The notes below the pieces were generated by a model, which saw only the letters and a list, made by a program, of their open reading frames with translations, was not told the origin of the DNA and searched no databases. Positions 31,638 to 45,038 of a stretch of DNA of 64,000 nucleotides are shown here, in pieces. A program made the translations under genes and the position numbers. Source of the DNA: Eledone cirrhosa (Eukaryota); NCBI GenBank assembly GCA_964016885.1, contig OZ024740.1:211110001-211174000 (forward strand). Direction: 5' to 3'. Every line of letters starts with the position of its first letter. Position 1 is the first letter of the stretch.

Positions 31638-32269
31638 ACGGGTTCACAATTTTCTTGAAAGCATACAGAATAATTTCAGAAACATTAATGCTTTAGTAAC
31701 CAACCCAGCCAAAACCAGCTCTGGTTCTATGAAATAAAACCACCCATTTTAAAAATTTCCAATTTGAATTAAAATCTTACAACATAATTTTATAAAATAA
31801 CCTTACATTAAGTTACTATCTTAGTAATGAAATAATTTTAGTAAATCCCTTCAAATTGTTCATTAATCAAAATAGAGTGTATTTCATTAGAAATGTGGTC
31901 ATGAAAGGATTAAGGTACTATCTTAGTAATGAAATAAATAATAATTTTAGTAAATCCCTCAAAATAGAGTGTATTTCATTAGAACTGCAGTGATGAGAGA
32001 GTTAAAAGATTCCTTATAAGTGGTCATTGTTGAAAATATTGAAGTTTAATGCTGTTAACACACCAGTACTTTATGAATAAAACAAGCTGCCAAAAATGCA
32101 CTATATATGAAAATTGGTCTATTCAATTTACACAAATTCTTAGCAATAGTGGGTTTATAACAAGCATCACCATCGACACATGGACAGCTAGATAGGATAT
32201 TCAGTTGCTAATAAAATTCCCACACAGTATTGAATCTAGCCTGACTGATCCATCTTTTTTTTTATCACT

Positions 32270-32660
32270 GTATATAAAGATAAGATGTTTACATACATCT
32301 GTAGAGAAAGAGTTTGCAAAAAATTTATAGATATATTCTTAAACAAAGCAATTCACACTCCAGTAATACACACAAATATGACCATCTTCTGCTGAATCAG
32401 CAATGCACTACACCACACACAAATAATTAAAAAGGAAACCATTAGTGAACAACACGTTTATACTCTACAGAATTCCCCACAAAAATAACCGATTAATGGT
32501 GGAAACAATACTCATCATACAGGACTATGCGAAAATAAATACACAAACAACACACACTTAACAGAAAGAAAATCTCTAAAAATGCTATCTGACGAACTCG
32601 GGCCGATGGTTACGTGGTGATTATCGACCCCAGAGAAATATGTATAATAACTCATTTGAA
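32270..32660 (+). mobile_element. Very old PLE remnant: GIY-YIG-like end plus hammerhead motif at 32584-32651
   Basis: FTYICRERVC and LYRIPHKNNRLMVETILII..INTQ; GCUAU|CUGACGA..long stem..GAAAUAUGUAUA|AUAAC, with the same stem III as 43411-43422. Confidence 0.5.
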
Positions 32661-32969
32661 TAAATTTATGAAGAACTCCATAGGGCTTTTGCCATTATTT
32701 ACTGCACACATATATACACGCCTACAATGTTTACATACACAGCTTTTCCTTCAGATTTATTATATTAGATGCATAATTGTTTACTTCTTTTTTATTAATT
32801 ACTTGCATTTACTTTGGCCCAAAATTAGCTCTCACCCAGAATTGTTCTTATTAAAAGCATATTTCATTGACCCCCATTAGTTTTCTTGTGAAAAGTTATT
32901 TTTCATGTAAGAAACAAAATAGTTTTCTGTTGCATTTACAGCATTAGTGTTTCATGTATTGTGCGACAT

Positions 32970-33440
32970 CTTCACTCACTTATTCCTGGTAGGGTCGTGG
33001 GGGAAGAGTCCTCAAACACTCCTTCCAGTGGTTCCTGTCAGAAGTAAACTGATCCAACTGGATCCCCAAGTGAGACCAGCCAAGTTCATGGATGTTATCC
33101 AACCATTTGCTCGGGGTCTACTCCCGGGTCTCCTGTCGGTTGGTTTTGTGTCCGTAAAATCTATCCACCAATTCTTTCCTGAGACATTCTAACCACTAGC
33201 CCATAGTATTGGAGCTGTGATCTCTCAATTCGGAGAAGTAGCAGCTCTACCTGGAGTGACTCTCTGATCTCTGAGCTATGCCTTTTATCGAGTAACGTTA
33301 CTCTAAAGACCTTTCGGAGGAACCCCATTTTAGCCATCTGTATTCGCGATTGTATTCTTTCGGTCATTACCCAAGATTCATGACCATAGGTAAGCGTTGG
33401 CATGAATACCGATTTGAAGATAACGAGTTTGGCTTTTACC
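32970..33440 (-). mobile_element. RTE (Expander/Rex3-like) 3' fragment
   Basis: PTLTYGHESWVMTERIQSRIQMAKMGFLRKV..LLLRIERSQLQYYGLVVRM. Confidence 0.85.
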
Positions 33441-34575
33441 TCTCTCCTTCTGATTACTGAATGCTGCTAAGTTATTTCATAACAGTGTAAATGTTGTATA
33501 TAGCTAATTCATACATAACAGCACAGAATTAAATGGAAGTAAAATAGTTTTTATTGATTTGAAAGAATTATTGAACATATTTTATTCTTGAAATTCTGTA
33601 ACATTTAAAGTAACTTTTAAAATGAGCGAAACTAGAGTGATAGACAAATGGATGGATGGAGCTAGATACACAAACATCAATATTAAAATGCTTGGATTTT
33701 TAAGGTTAAGTCACTAATCGTAGTGGAGAAGGTGTTGATGGTAATAATGGGAAGAAAGTGTAATATATAGGGCAGCAGCAGCATTGTTCTAACATCCGCT
33801 TTCCCTGCTACCAAGGGTTGGACAGGTCTATACAGACCAAGTCAGTACTGAAAGAGCCACTGATCCCCCAGATAAGCCAGGGATCTGTGTTTCGCTCGTG
33901 TATGGTCTTCTGTTCTACTGAGAGCACAGGAGAGGACGTCATGTCTTTGACACAACTGAAGGGCCCTCCCAACCTTAGGGCCCTCCCAACCCTTTGTTTG
34001 GCAAGATTTCTACAGCTGGATGTCCTTCGTATCACCAACTACTTTACAGAATGTACTGAGTGTGTTTATCATGTAAATCACCAACACTAGCGAGTTTGCA
34101 TTGAGAGAGGGAGAGAGAGAAAGAAACGGAGAGAAGATAGAAGATAGAAAGAGAAGGCGGTGACATTGTTACCACCTCTACTATGACTACCAACATATTT
34201 TTTTTATATTTTTTTCAGTTTGTAAACATATGTCATCACGGTTGAGAAAAAATTGAAATAAATATGTTTCGTACATCAATAATTTTAAGAAGCGGGATAT
34301 ACCAGATTGAAACATAAATATAGGAATTTACTTTACTTAAGACATACAATGTTTTTAGCAAAAAAAAACAAAAAAAAACATTGGTTAAACTTTTATAAAA
34401 TTAGTTCAAAAGAATTTTTACTGATTTCAAGAACATTCTATACAATTAACTAAATGGAATGTTGCTCTGCCAAATACCAAATGCTGACTTCCAAATTAAA
34501 GTGTGAACTGGAATATGTTGTTTCATAGTGAAGCTGAACAATTAATGTTTTCTGTGGAATTTCCATAGCTCCACT

Positions 34576-34695
34576 TACTCTTGGGTCTCAAATGATCGTC
34601 CCCACCAAACCTCCACTTGATTAATTTTTCTCAGACCCCCCCCCCCCTAATTCCCCACCAACCCCAACCCCTGTATTATTTGGGACCTGAGAGTA
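34576..34695. mobile_element. 120-bp MITE with TIRs and TA ends
   Basis: TACTCTTGGGTCTCAAAT..ATTTGGGACCTGAGAGTA; absent from the homologous site near 10570; related TIR at ~178. Confidence 0.75.
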
Positions 34696-34906
34696 GTTAA
34701 ATACAGTATTTCATATTTCCTACTAATTGCTTCTGTTGACAATCTCAAAATTAAGTTTAGAAATGTCTCTCATTGTTTCTCTTATGCTATCAAAACTTCA
34801 ACCAACCATGTAACTTTCTCACATACAGATAATCCATGTTATTATACTAGATTTTTCATGTTTTATTATGTTTACTTTAAAACAGCATTCCTAATTCAAA
34901 TAGTTT

Positions 34907-35101
34907 TACTGTATATATTTGAATATAAGCTGATCCCCAACCCCTATTCTATGTCTGAAAAATAGGTGAAATTCCAAACCCCATTTATAAACTGAGGCAG
35001 CTAATCAACACATTGTTTAGATGGTATATATAAGCCAACTTCCCATTTGACCATAGATCTTTTGGTCATATTCCTCGGATTATATTCAAGCATATACAGT
35101 A
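34907..35101. mobile_element. Tigger/pogo-like MITE
   Basis: TACTGTATATATTTGAATATAA..TTATATTCAAGCATATACAGTA; interior matches the reverse complement of 498-565. Confidence 0.7.
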
Positions 35102-35309
35102 AGTCGAATAGAATCTATATTTTTTTACATGCAAATACTTATGTATCTATACACAGATAATAATCTTGATATTATCTAAAATATCATGAATAGATCCATG
35201 TCATGTCTTTTTTTTTTTTTTTTTTTTTTTTTAATAAAGATATCAAATTAAATAATGTCACAAAATTCTTGCATATCATTTACAACCAGATAAATCCAAA
35301 GAAACTATA

Positions 35310-36420
35310 TCATCATCATCATTTTATGTTTGCTTTCTCTATTGGCAGATGTTGGACAAGACGTCAAAGTCCAAGCCAGTTCTTACTAAGCATTACTGTT
35401 TTTCAAGACAAGTCATGTGTTCCATGCTCTTCCTAACACCAATCCTTTTACAGAGTGTACTGGGTGTATTTTACTGTGATATGAGCACTAAAGAGGTTGT
35501 TTTGTTCTCAACATATCATTGACATAAGTTAGACAGACCATCATGGTCCAATATTAGACTGGTTGGGGAACCACGTTTTGACTCTTACATTTCATATTTG
35601 GCATAGATTTTATGGCTGAATGCTCTCCCTAATGCCAACAATTTTACAGAGTGTACTGGGTGCATTTTATCATGGCACTAACACTAGAGAGATAGTGAAA
35701 AGGGTTCCTCTAATCTACATTAACTTGGTCTGTATGCATACCATTGTGATACTAATACTAGAAAGGTTGTCTTGTTCGCTGCAAGCTAAGAGGACCTCTC
35801 AACTTAACTTAGTCTCTGGGTTCTCACAATGTTTACTTTTAACATTGAAGAGCTGGTAATGGTGGTGTGTGGGTCTTCTGTAGTATAGTAAATCACCAGT
35901 CAACTCAATATTGTGTCATCATCTTAATGAGCTTCTTGAGGTCATTTCTCATGACTTTATCCCATGTCCTGCTTGGTCTCCTTCTTCCACAGGTTCCATT
36001 TACATCAAGTGCTTGGCACATATACAACTTTCACTTTCTTTAAGCATCACACATGCCCATACCAGTGCAATCATCTCTCTTACACACTACATCCTATTAC
36101 AATGACCCTCAGATTTTCTCTCAGTTTACTTGTGTTCCAATGTTCAATCACTCTAACATTATGCAAGCATCATTTCTTTCCAGTTATTGTAAATCTTCTA
36201 GACTCAAGGTCCTCATCTCACTACCATGCAGCATAACAGTTCAAACACAAACATCACAGTCTGTCCTTCACTCTAAGAAAGAAGCCCTTTGTTGCCAGCA
36301 GAGGTAACAACTCCCTGAATTTCTTCCACCCTGTTCTCACTCTGACACTTTCAGCACTTTCATCTCTACAGCTAATCAGGTCACATAAATAACCAAAGCT
36401 ACTCATGTGAACCTTTTCAG
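35310..36420 (-). mobile_element. Degenerate RTE 3' part
   Basis: [40 protein letters not shown]. Confidence 0.8.
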
Positions 36421-37349
36421 AATTTGAGGAAGTTTGTTTCATGAGTAATTTTACTATTGACTAGTCCTGTTCAACTTCTAGGTAATAATTTAGTTTTAGT
36501 TTTTACCTTGTATTGTAAAAAAAATAAATAAATAAATAATAATACACCAATATACAAATTGATTAAAGCAGTTAAAGCAAAAAAAAGTAATGTTTGCTTA
36601 TTTAAAAAAGATTAATTAGCAAAATTATTCAAAAATGTTTTAATCTAATTCATGACACCTGTCACTAAGTGTTTTTTTTTTTTTAAATGGTAGATTTTTT
36701 TTATTGACTGAATACATATGTAATATAAATGGTATTTGTTGAGCAAACTACGAATCAGAAGTTGAGAACAATTATAAATTTCAGATAAAATGTTTCAGAG
36801 ATGTAATTTTTCACCTATGAAATACTACAGTTAATAAAAACAATTATTTTACAAAAATAATTGTTTCTTTTCATTTGAGCCTTTCAAATCATGAGAAACT
36901 AACATTTTTTTGCCAGTGCATAGAATGCCATTATAGCCAGCTTAATCAAACATAACAATAATGATTCTGATGGATAATGTGGTAACATAGTGGAAAGCTT
37001 TTATCTATGTCTAAAATTAGAATGTTTGCAGTTTGTAGCAAAATGAATGAATGGTTGATACAAGAGAAACACTCGAGATGCAACATATTCATAGCAAAGC
37101 TCTGTATAGGAAGAATGAGATAACCTGGCAAATATTTATGGTTATGGCTACAGAATTGTGTGAAAAAAAACTCAAGTTGTATCTCATTGTTGGTAATAGA
37201 TAACTGACAGATTACACCAGAGTCCTTGACAATAACATTAAAACTGTTTCAAACAAAATAGCTTAGAAATAAGCAGCTTACAACTGTTGCATTCCAATGA
37301 TAAAAGTCTCTTTTGCAATTAAACCTTTAGTGTAATGTTTCACCTTCAT

Positions 37350-37600
37350 TAAATAAAAATAGATGAGCCTAAATCTTTAAAAAATAAAACCTGTTTTTAA
37401 GAAACTAAAAATAGATGAGCTTAAAATTACACAAATCTTTTTAAAAAATGAAACTTGGTTTAAAGAAATTAAAAATAGATGAATTAAAAAAATGAAACCT
37501 GGGTTCAGGAAACTAAAAATAGAGGAGTTAAAAAAAATGAAACCTGGTTTCAAGAAACTAAAACTAAATGAGTTTAAAAAAATAAAACCTGGTTTCAAGA
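37350..37600 (+). repeat. Degenerate AT-rich ~45-bp tandem repeat
   Basis: aaactaaaaatagatgagt..aaaaaatgaaacctggtttcaag about x5. Confidence 0.8.
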
Positions 37601-37931
37601 CACAAAAAGAAATCAAAGAACATATTTAAATGACAGCAAGCTTTTTCCATCTACCTTTCAAGCAGGGAAAAGCGGACGTAAAATGATGATGATGATGATG
37701 ATAGAGAATGGTTGTATTTGAGGAGCTCACTTTGCAATCACATGGTTCTGGGTTCAGTCTCATGGTGTAGCATCTTGGGTAAATGTTGGCTACGATAGGC
37801 TTGGATTGATCAAGTCCTGAGCTCTTGCTGTTGGGCTCTGAATCTCTACTATATTTACATCTACTTCCCAAGTATCAAGTACTTTGTTGAATAATTGTCT
37901 TACTTGTTTAAAACTGGTTTAATCCTGATAC

Positions 37932-38143
37932 ATCATCATCATCGTTTAACGTCCATCTTCCACACTTGCATGGGTTTGGACGGGAATTTTCCCACTTGAG
38001 GCAAGATTGGTTGTCTTGCTCGTATAGGACTGTCTGGCGGGTTTTCTACGGCTGGATGCCCTTCCTAACACCAACCACGTTTACAGTGTGGACTGGGAGG
38101 TTTTTACCGTGTTACCTACACGCCCACATTACAGCGTGGACTG
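37932..38143 (-). mobile_element. Solo RTE 3' UTR tip
   Basis: Reverse complement of 40640-40860-type sequence, with (CAT)n at the left. Confidence 0.9.
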
Positions 38144-39163
38144 TGAGTCATATATATATAGTGTTGTGTGTGTGCATGTATCTGTGTTTTCATTTCTATT
38201 TGCCATAATTTGGCTGTTCAAGAAAAACAACTTGATCAAATAAGTACTGGGGTTGGTTGATATAATCAACTAAAATCCCTTCTTTAACACAATGCTACAC
38301 CATGGCTACAGTCTCATGACTCTACCTGGAGTGACTCCTTATTTCTGAACTACATATCATTCGGTAATGGAGAATTACTATGACTCTCATTCAACTAACT
38401 AGCCAAAAACTGTGTTTATTTTTCTCTGTACCGCTGAACATCCTTTTGATATCTATAAGAGTATGAGGTTGCCCATCCCCACAACACAACAGCTTAAAAA
38501 ATAAGTTCAAATAATAAAACTGCAGAAATTTAAATACAGTTACTTTGAATTTCAATATTATATATTCTGAATATGAAGATTTCGTATTTTTTAAATCTAT
38601 CTGTACACACATATGTGTGCACATGTAAATATAGGATTTAAAAAATGTTTAAATTATATAGAAATCAGAAAATATGTTTTAAAGAAAAGTTACAGAGATG
38701 GAGATCAAGGATTATATATAGTTGTGTGTATGCGTGTGTGTGTGTGCGTGTGTGTATGTGAGCATTATTAACCCTTTCGTCTGAACACTGACACCCTAAT
38801 CCTGCCCTAAGGGTAAGGATACTTAGGGTAGTATTTCACCATATATTTTGTATAATGACATACATTTTATACATATTGTATCATCATCATCATGTGTATA
38901 TAGATATATTAAATATATTGACTGGATTGTCACAGCTGGAATGGATTTTGTGATATTTCATTTTATAGAAGGTTATTGAAATGTAAATGCAATTGAAATT
39001 TTTACAAATAATATAAATAATGTGTTTGAAATCATGAATTTACGGTGAATTACTATAATTCTCATTCAATAAACTGACCAAAACAAAGGGCTTCATTTCA
39101 CAGGCAACACTAAGTATCCTTTTAAGCATGCGTGTGTGTATGTATATATATATATATATATAT

Positions 39164-40860
39164 AGTACCACAGACGCTCTTTTCATTGTACGACAACTAC
39201 AGGAGAAGTACCTAGCTAAAAGTAAACCCTATACTTAGCTTTTGTTGACTTGGAGAAAGCCTTCGACAGAGTCCCACGTTCCATTATCTGGTGGGCTCTT
39301 AGAAAACTAGGTGTTGACGAATGGCTTGTGAGAGCTATACAAGCCATGTATAAAGAAACAGTCAGCAAGGTTAGAATTAACAACGAATATATTGAAGAGT
39401 TTAGTGTAAAAGTTGGTGTTCATCAGCGCTCTGTTCTTAGCCCCCTACTATTTATTATTGCCATTCAAGCTATAACAGTGGAGTTCAAGACTGGCTGCCC
39501 ATGGGAACTCCTATACGCAGATGATCTAATGCTCATAGCTGAATCAATGGCCGAGCTAGAGAAGAAATTCCAAACATGGAAGCACGACCTAGAATCAAAA
39601 GGCCTTAAAATTAACCTGGCTAAGACTAAAGTTCTAGTTTGTAGGAAAGAAAATAAGGCGCCGGTCCCTTCAGGGAAATGGTTATGCTCAGTGTGTAGGA
39701 AAGGCGTAGGTAGAAACTCCATTTTATGTCCCAAATGCAAAGTATGGGTGCATAAAAGATGTAGTGGGATCACAGGTAAGCTAACTAAGAACATAGATTT
39801 TACATGTGGCCGGTGCTCTGGTGCAATAAGTAGCAGCAAGTGCCCACAAAATACTACCTCTTTCAATTGCACAGAGGGTTCTATAGAAATAGTGGACAGC
39901 TTCCGTTACCTGGGTGACAAAATCAGCAGTGGGGGAAGGTGCTCTGAAAGTACAGTAGCTAGAGTCAGAACTGGATGGAAAAAGTTCAGAGAGCTTATAC
40001 CACTATTAGCCGCTAAAGGGTTCTCCCTAAAAATGAAAGGCAGGTTGTATGATGCCTGCATACGAACAGCAATGTTGCATGGCAGTGAGACCTGGGCATT
40101 GTGTGCAGAAGATATACGCAGACTAGAGAGGAACGAAGCTTGCATGCTCCGCTGGATGTGTAATAGTAATATACGTGAACGGCAAAGCATAAACGAACTA
40201 AGGAAAAAATTAGAAATAAGAGGGATCAGATGTTGTTTACTCGAGAGAAGGCTACGTTGGTATGGTCACGTGATGCGCATGAAAGATGATAGCTGTATAA
40301 CAAAGTGTAGGGCAATAAAGATAGACGGTAGCTACGGAGTAGGCAGACCCAGAAAAACCTGGGACGAGCTGATAAATTCCGACCTCACACACTTACACCT
40401 CTCCAAGACAATATCACTGGACCGAGACCTTTGGCGGTACTCAGTAATAGAGAAGACCCGCCTTACCTAAATACAAAGTAAAACCTACTACAGTCAGTAA
40501 GCATCTCTAACAAAATACACCCCTGTCCCACCACCCCCACCCCATCCACACCACCGCCCCTTTCAATGTAAAGTTATGTTGGTGCCACAACATCCAGGCC
40601 GAAACAAATGAGATCGTGTAGGTGTCACGACAAAAAACACACAGTCCACGCTGTAATGTGGCCATGTAGGCAACACGGTAAAAATCTCCCAGCCCCACAC
40701 TGTAAATGTGGTTGGTGTTAGGAAGGGCATCCAGCTGTAGAAAACACGCCAGACAGTCCTATGCGCGCAAGACAATCACTCTTGCCTCAAGTGGGAAAAC
40801 TCCCGTCCAAACCCATGCAAGCGTGGAACACGGACGTTAAACGATGATGATGATGATGAT
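39164..40860 (+). mobile_element. Young 5'-truncated PHD-RTE LINE
   Basis: Starts at a (TA)n edge; open 406-aa frame; 3' UTR and (GAT)n tail. Confidence 0.97.
39250..40470 (+). pseudogene. RTE reverse transcriptase C-terminal half with PHD-like insert
   Basis: LEKAFDRVP, GVHQ.SVLSPLLF, LLYADDL, C4HC3 finger, FRYLG, LHGSETW, LRWYGHV, GRPRKTW. Confidence 0.95.
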
Positions 40861-40999
40861 AAACAATGAGTTATTTGGTTTGTTCATTATTCAACAAAGT
40901 TAATTTACAACAGATTAGAAGCACTCAACGGCTTTTATCCGGAGTATCATTAACATCAATAATATTAATAAATGGAAAATATCTTTATAAAACCTTATT

Positions 41000-41060
41000 T
41001 ATTTTATTATACATATTTCAAGGGTACTAATATTTTAGTATGCTTTCGTCAGATAAAATA
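41000..41060 (-). ncRNA. Type I hammerhead ribozyme (inverted copy, one stem II substitution)
   Basis: Reverse complement of 43370-43430 with G>A in stem II. Confidence 0.8.
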
Positions 41061-43014
41061 CAATAATTGGTGTAAAAATAGTGACATATCTTCGTGAACT
41101 TCATGTTATAAGTTCATTGAAGATAGTGAATATAATTTTTCAAAATTCAGGGGAAATATGCTAATGAGGATAACGTTAAAACTGAAAAGGACCGTTAAGT
41201 TTAGACGCTAGATAGATTTTAAATATTTATCTAAATTATTTTCTTTAAAAAAAGGGTTTGCTATTAAATTTGGAAAAAATATTTTAAAGTTAATTTAGGA
41301 TTATTTATAGAAATATGCATATATACACCCAAACATATTTACATGGGTATGGAAAGAATGATATAATTATATTTATTTATTTATTTAATTTTATAATATA
41401 TTTTAAGAAAATGAAAGTATTTATAATATTTAGATGAGAATTATAAAGTAATCTATTAAATTGAGAACTATCAATTTATTAAAGCAATTACAATATAATA
41501 TGTGAAAGATACCCTGTATTTACATATACGATTGGATATATTTTACGCATATATTTTAATATTATGATGAGTGCAGTTATAAATATAATGTATTGTAGTA
41601 TAAGACATTATTGAATATCGTTATTAAAAAAATTTATTTAGTATATAATGATTATGCGTGAATATAGATCTTATTTAAGTATATATATATATATATATAT
41701 AGACATAGAATTATGAAAGAGCGTAAGATATATCAAGCGATTATATATCTGCATTTTTTATATATACCTTAAGAATGTGAAAATAGTTATATATTTTTTA
41801 AGTGAAGATGTATATTATGTATACTCTATTATTGTATAAGGTTAGTTATATAAATTTAAACATTTATGTAAAATTTGAATGTCTCGTATATGTGAATTTT
41901 AAACAATCTTTTATTAAGGGAAAGATAACTCGTGTTTAGTAATTTAAAGAATGTATATTATTTAAAGATGTATTGTTTTATCTAATGTTTAACCTAATAA
42001 TTTATTATAATATAAGTAAAAATTTCTATAAGATTTCAGAGCACCATATAGTAAATATGGCTTTGATAATAATAAATAGATAAATATTTCTATGTATAAA
42101 TTTTGATAATAATAAGTATTTCTATGCATACATTTGATAATAATAAATATTTCTATGTATAAATTTAAGAACTTTTAAAGGCAACCAGAAATATATATTG
42201 TACATAGGCAACTTATACAGACCATTTGTAATATTTTCTATGAATTGTAAATATTGTGAAATGTTCTGGAGAATCGATGCAAACAAGAATTAAATATTTC
42301 CTTTTTTTTTTGTTAATAATATTACCAGGATTGGTAATTATATGAAAGATTTCTTCAATACAGAGATGACAAATTCTTGAGAGAGCCATTCGATATCCTT
42401 CGCCAAGAGATTGAATAGTCAGTGTTACTGTCTTTTACAGACCAAATTAATTGTGATAGTGAGGTTGAGAATTTTTTGTCCGATCGTTTGAAAGTATGTT
42501 TATGATTATACCAACGCTCCTTAAATTTTGAAGAAGTTGCCCCAATATAATTATATAATCTACCTCTAGTTTTTATGCTGCATTTGTATACTAAATTTCT
42601 ATCAAGGCAATTATTCTGTAAATATGTTATTTCTGCAATTACATTTTCTAATATTGTTATTTAGAGATACAGTATTATTATTTATGCATTCGCTATTATT
42701 ATTATATGTTAGTTATATTGTTATTGCTATTTGAGTTTATTTGGGTTGAGTTTAATTTTAAATTCTTATTATTAATTCTAGTAATATTTTGTGCTATATT
42801 CATAGTAGTAGAGTAAGAGAGCTTGACTGTATGTCTGTTAAAAATGGAGTGATACTTATGGGACTTAGGAAAACATTTATTTAAAGCCTTAAATAATTCT
42901 AAAGGTGTCTTAATTCCTAATGAAATTAGAGGAGAATACCAAATTATATTTCTAGTTCTGGCTTTTTTATTTGATTTATTATTTTGGTTAATTTGTTTAT
43001 TATTAATATTATAA

Positions 43015-43197
43015 TTGTTTCTACTTTTGGCACAAGGCCAGCAATTACCCAGTGCATTACTGGTACTTTATTTTATCAACCCCGTAAGGATGAAAGGCAA
43101 AGTTAACCTTGGCGGGATTTGAACTCAAATCATAAAGAGGCGTAATTCTGTGCTGCAAAGCATAGCGTCCGACCCTCTACCGATACTGCCAATCCAA
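43015..43197 (-). mobile_element. tRNA-derived SINE (family of 9170)
   Basis: Near-identical to 9170-9355. Confidence 0.9.
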
Positions 43198-43369
43198 TTA
43201 ATATTATATTAAACTTTAGGTGGTTGGTGTATACTATTCTTATCTAGGTAGTTAATTTTATTATTGTATCCAGCTCTGTGTAGAACGTCATTGTAATATT
43301 CTGCTTTGTTATCTGATATATTTTTATTAACTGAGAGTCCAGATATTCTTTAATTTACACCAATTATTG

Positions 43370-43430
43370 TATTTTATCTGACGAAAGCGTACTAAAATAT
43401 TAGTACCCTTGAAATATGTATAATAAAATA
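43370..43430 (+). ncRNA. Type I hammerhead ribozyme
   Basis: UAUUUUAU | CUGACGA | AAG-c-GUACUAA(aaua)UUAGUAC-c-CUU | GAAAUA-ug-UAUA | AUAAAAUA; 8-bp stem I; predicted cleavage after 43422 (AUA). Confidence 0.87.
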
Positions 43431-43488
43431 AATATGGTTTTATAAAGATATTTTCCATTTATTAATATTATTGATATCATATATATAT

Positions 43489-43525
<37 letters not shown>

Positions 43526-44081
43526 GGTAAACAGAAATAACAAAAATAAAACAAACAGCACAGTACATGGAAGAAATATATATACTGTATATACTCAATT
43601 ATAAGACAATCTGAATATAAAGCCACTGCCCCCTCCTATTGTGTTGAAATATACTGGGGAGAAGACATTACTTTGCTTTGTTGTATTTGTTATCTTTGCC
43701 CTTTATATATTTCTACCACATTGTACTGGCTTTCTGAAGTCCTTACCAATCAATTATTACATATCTCATAATGCTGAATATTAACCATATTTTAAATGGT
43801 GTCATTTAAAGTATAGTTTTTGTTTCATAACTTCATTATGTAATGTTGCCAATTTCCAACCGTTTTGAAGGCCAAAAACGAATTTCATGACGAAATTGAA
43901 ACCTGTGTAATATTCATATCCAAAGTGAAACTGGTGTAATATTCACATCCAAAGAAAAAATATTTCAGCACCTTATTTACGTAGAATTTCAAAGTTGGTG
44001 AAAATCAGCAAAATATTGACCAATTACCATTTGACCATCAATTTTTTTGTCACATATTTCACAGCTTATATATCATTATTT

Positions 44082-44660
44082 TGTAATATACGTGAACGGC
44101 AAAGCATAAACGAATTGAGAGAGGAATCAAATGCTGTGTGCAGGAAAGAAGGTTACGTTGGTATGGACATGTTGGTATGGACAGCTGCATAAAAAGGTGC
44201 AGAGCACTAAAAGTCAATGGAAGCCATGTAGTGGGGAGACCCCAAAAGACCTGGGACCTTGCCTAATTGCACCTTGCAAAGTCGATGACACAGGATCGTG
44301 ACCTCTGGTGTCACGTAGTAATACAGAAGACCCGACTTCCCATGGGAACAATCCGACGCTGAAACATATAGACAGTATGCCCCCACCCCCTCCCACTGCA
44401 AAGTGGTCATGGAGGTGTCACAACAAAAAAGTACCTAACCCACACTGTAAAATGGTTGTGTAGGCACCACGGAAAAAAAAGCACCCAGTACTCACTGTAA
44501 ATGAGGTTGGTGTTAGGAAGGGCATCCAGCTGTAGAAATCAAGCCAAATCAGTTCCTGTATGAGCAAGACAAGGTCACCCAACCTGGCACTGCCCACAAC
44601 AGGACAACCCGTCTAACCCATGCTAGTATGGAAGAATGGTCGTAAAACGATGACGATGAT
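44082..44660 (+). mobile_element. RTE 3' fragment with UTR and (GAT)n-like tail
   Basis: [21 protein letters not shown]; UTR matches the reverse complement of 61978-62310. Confidence 0.9.
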
Positions 44661-44968
44661 ATATATATATATATACATATTAATTACATAATAACAATAT
44701 TACACATGCTGGATACCAGCTGACTTCATACTTAGTGCAGGTTGTTTCAATAGAGGTAAATATATCTCTACATCCATACAGCAATCTTCAATGAAATAAG
44801 GGCATTCAGGTGCAGAAACCAAGTCAAAATCAGTTCAGTATGAGAAAGAGATGGTCATCTGACTTGGCATTTTTCACAACAGGAAAACTCGTCCAACCCA
44901 TGCTAACGTTGAAAAATGAACGTTAAATAGTGATGATGATGGCATGTATGTATGTGTGTGTATGTATG

Positions 44969-45006
<38 letters not shown>

Positions 45007-45038
45007 TACTTTAATGCTTGATATAGTAGGAAAAGAGA

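Larger units (their letters stand above)
40955..43475. mobile_element. AT-rich ~2.5-kb element bounded by 122-bp inverted repeats, each with a hammerhead (PLE-type)
   Basis: 40955-41076 is the near reverse complement of 43354-43475; no listed ORF inside; SINE nested at 43015-43197. Confidence 0.8.
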
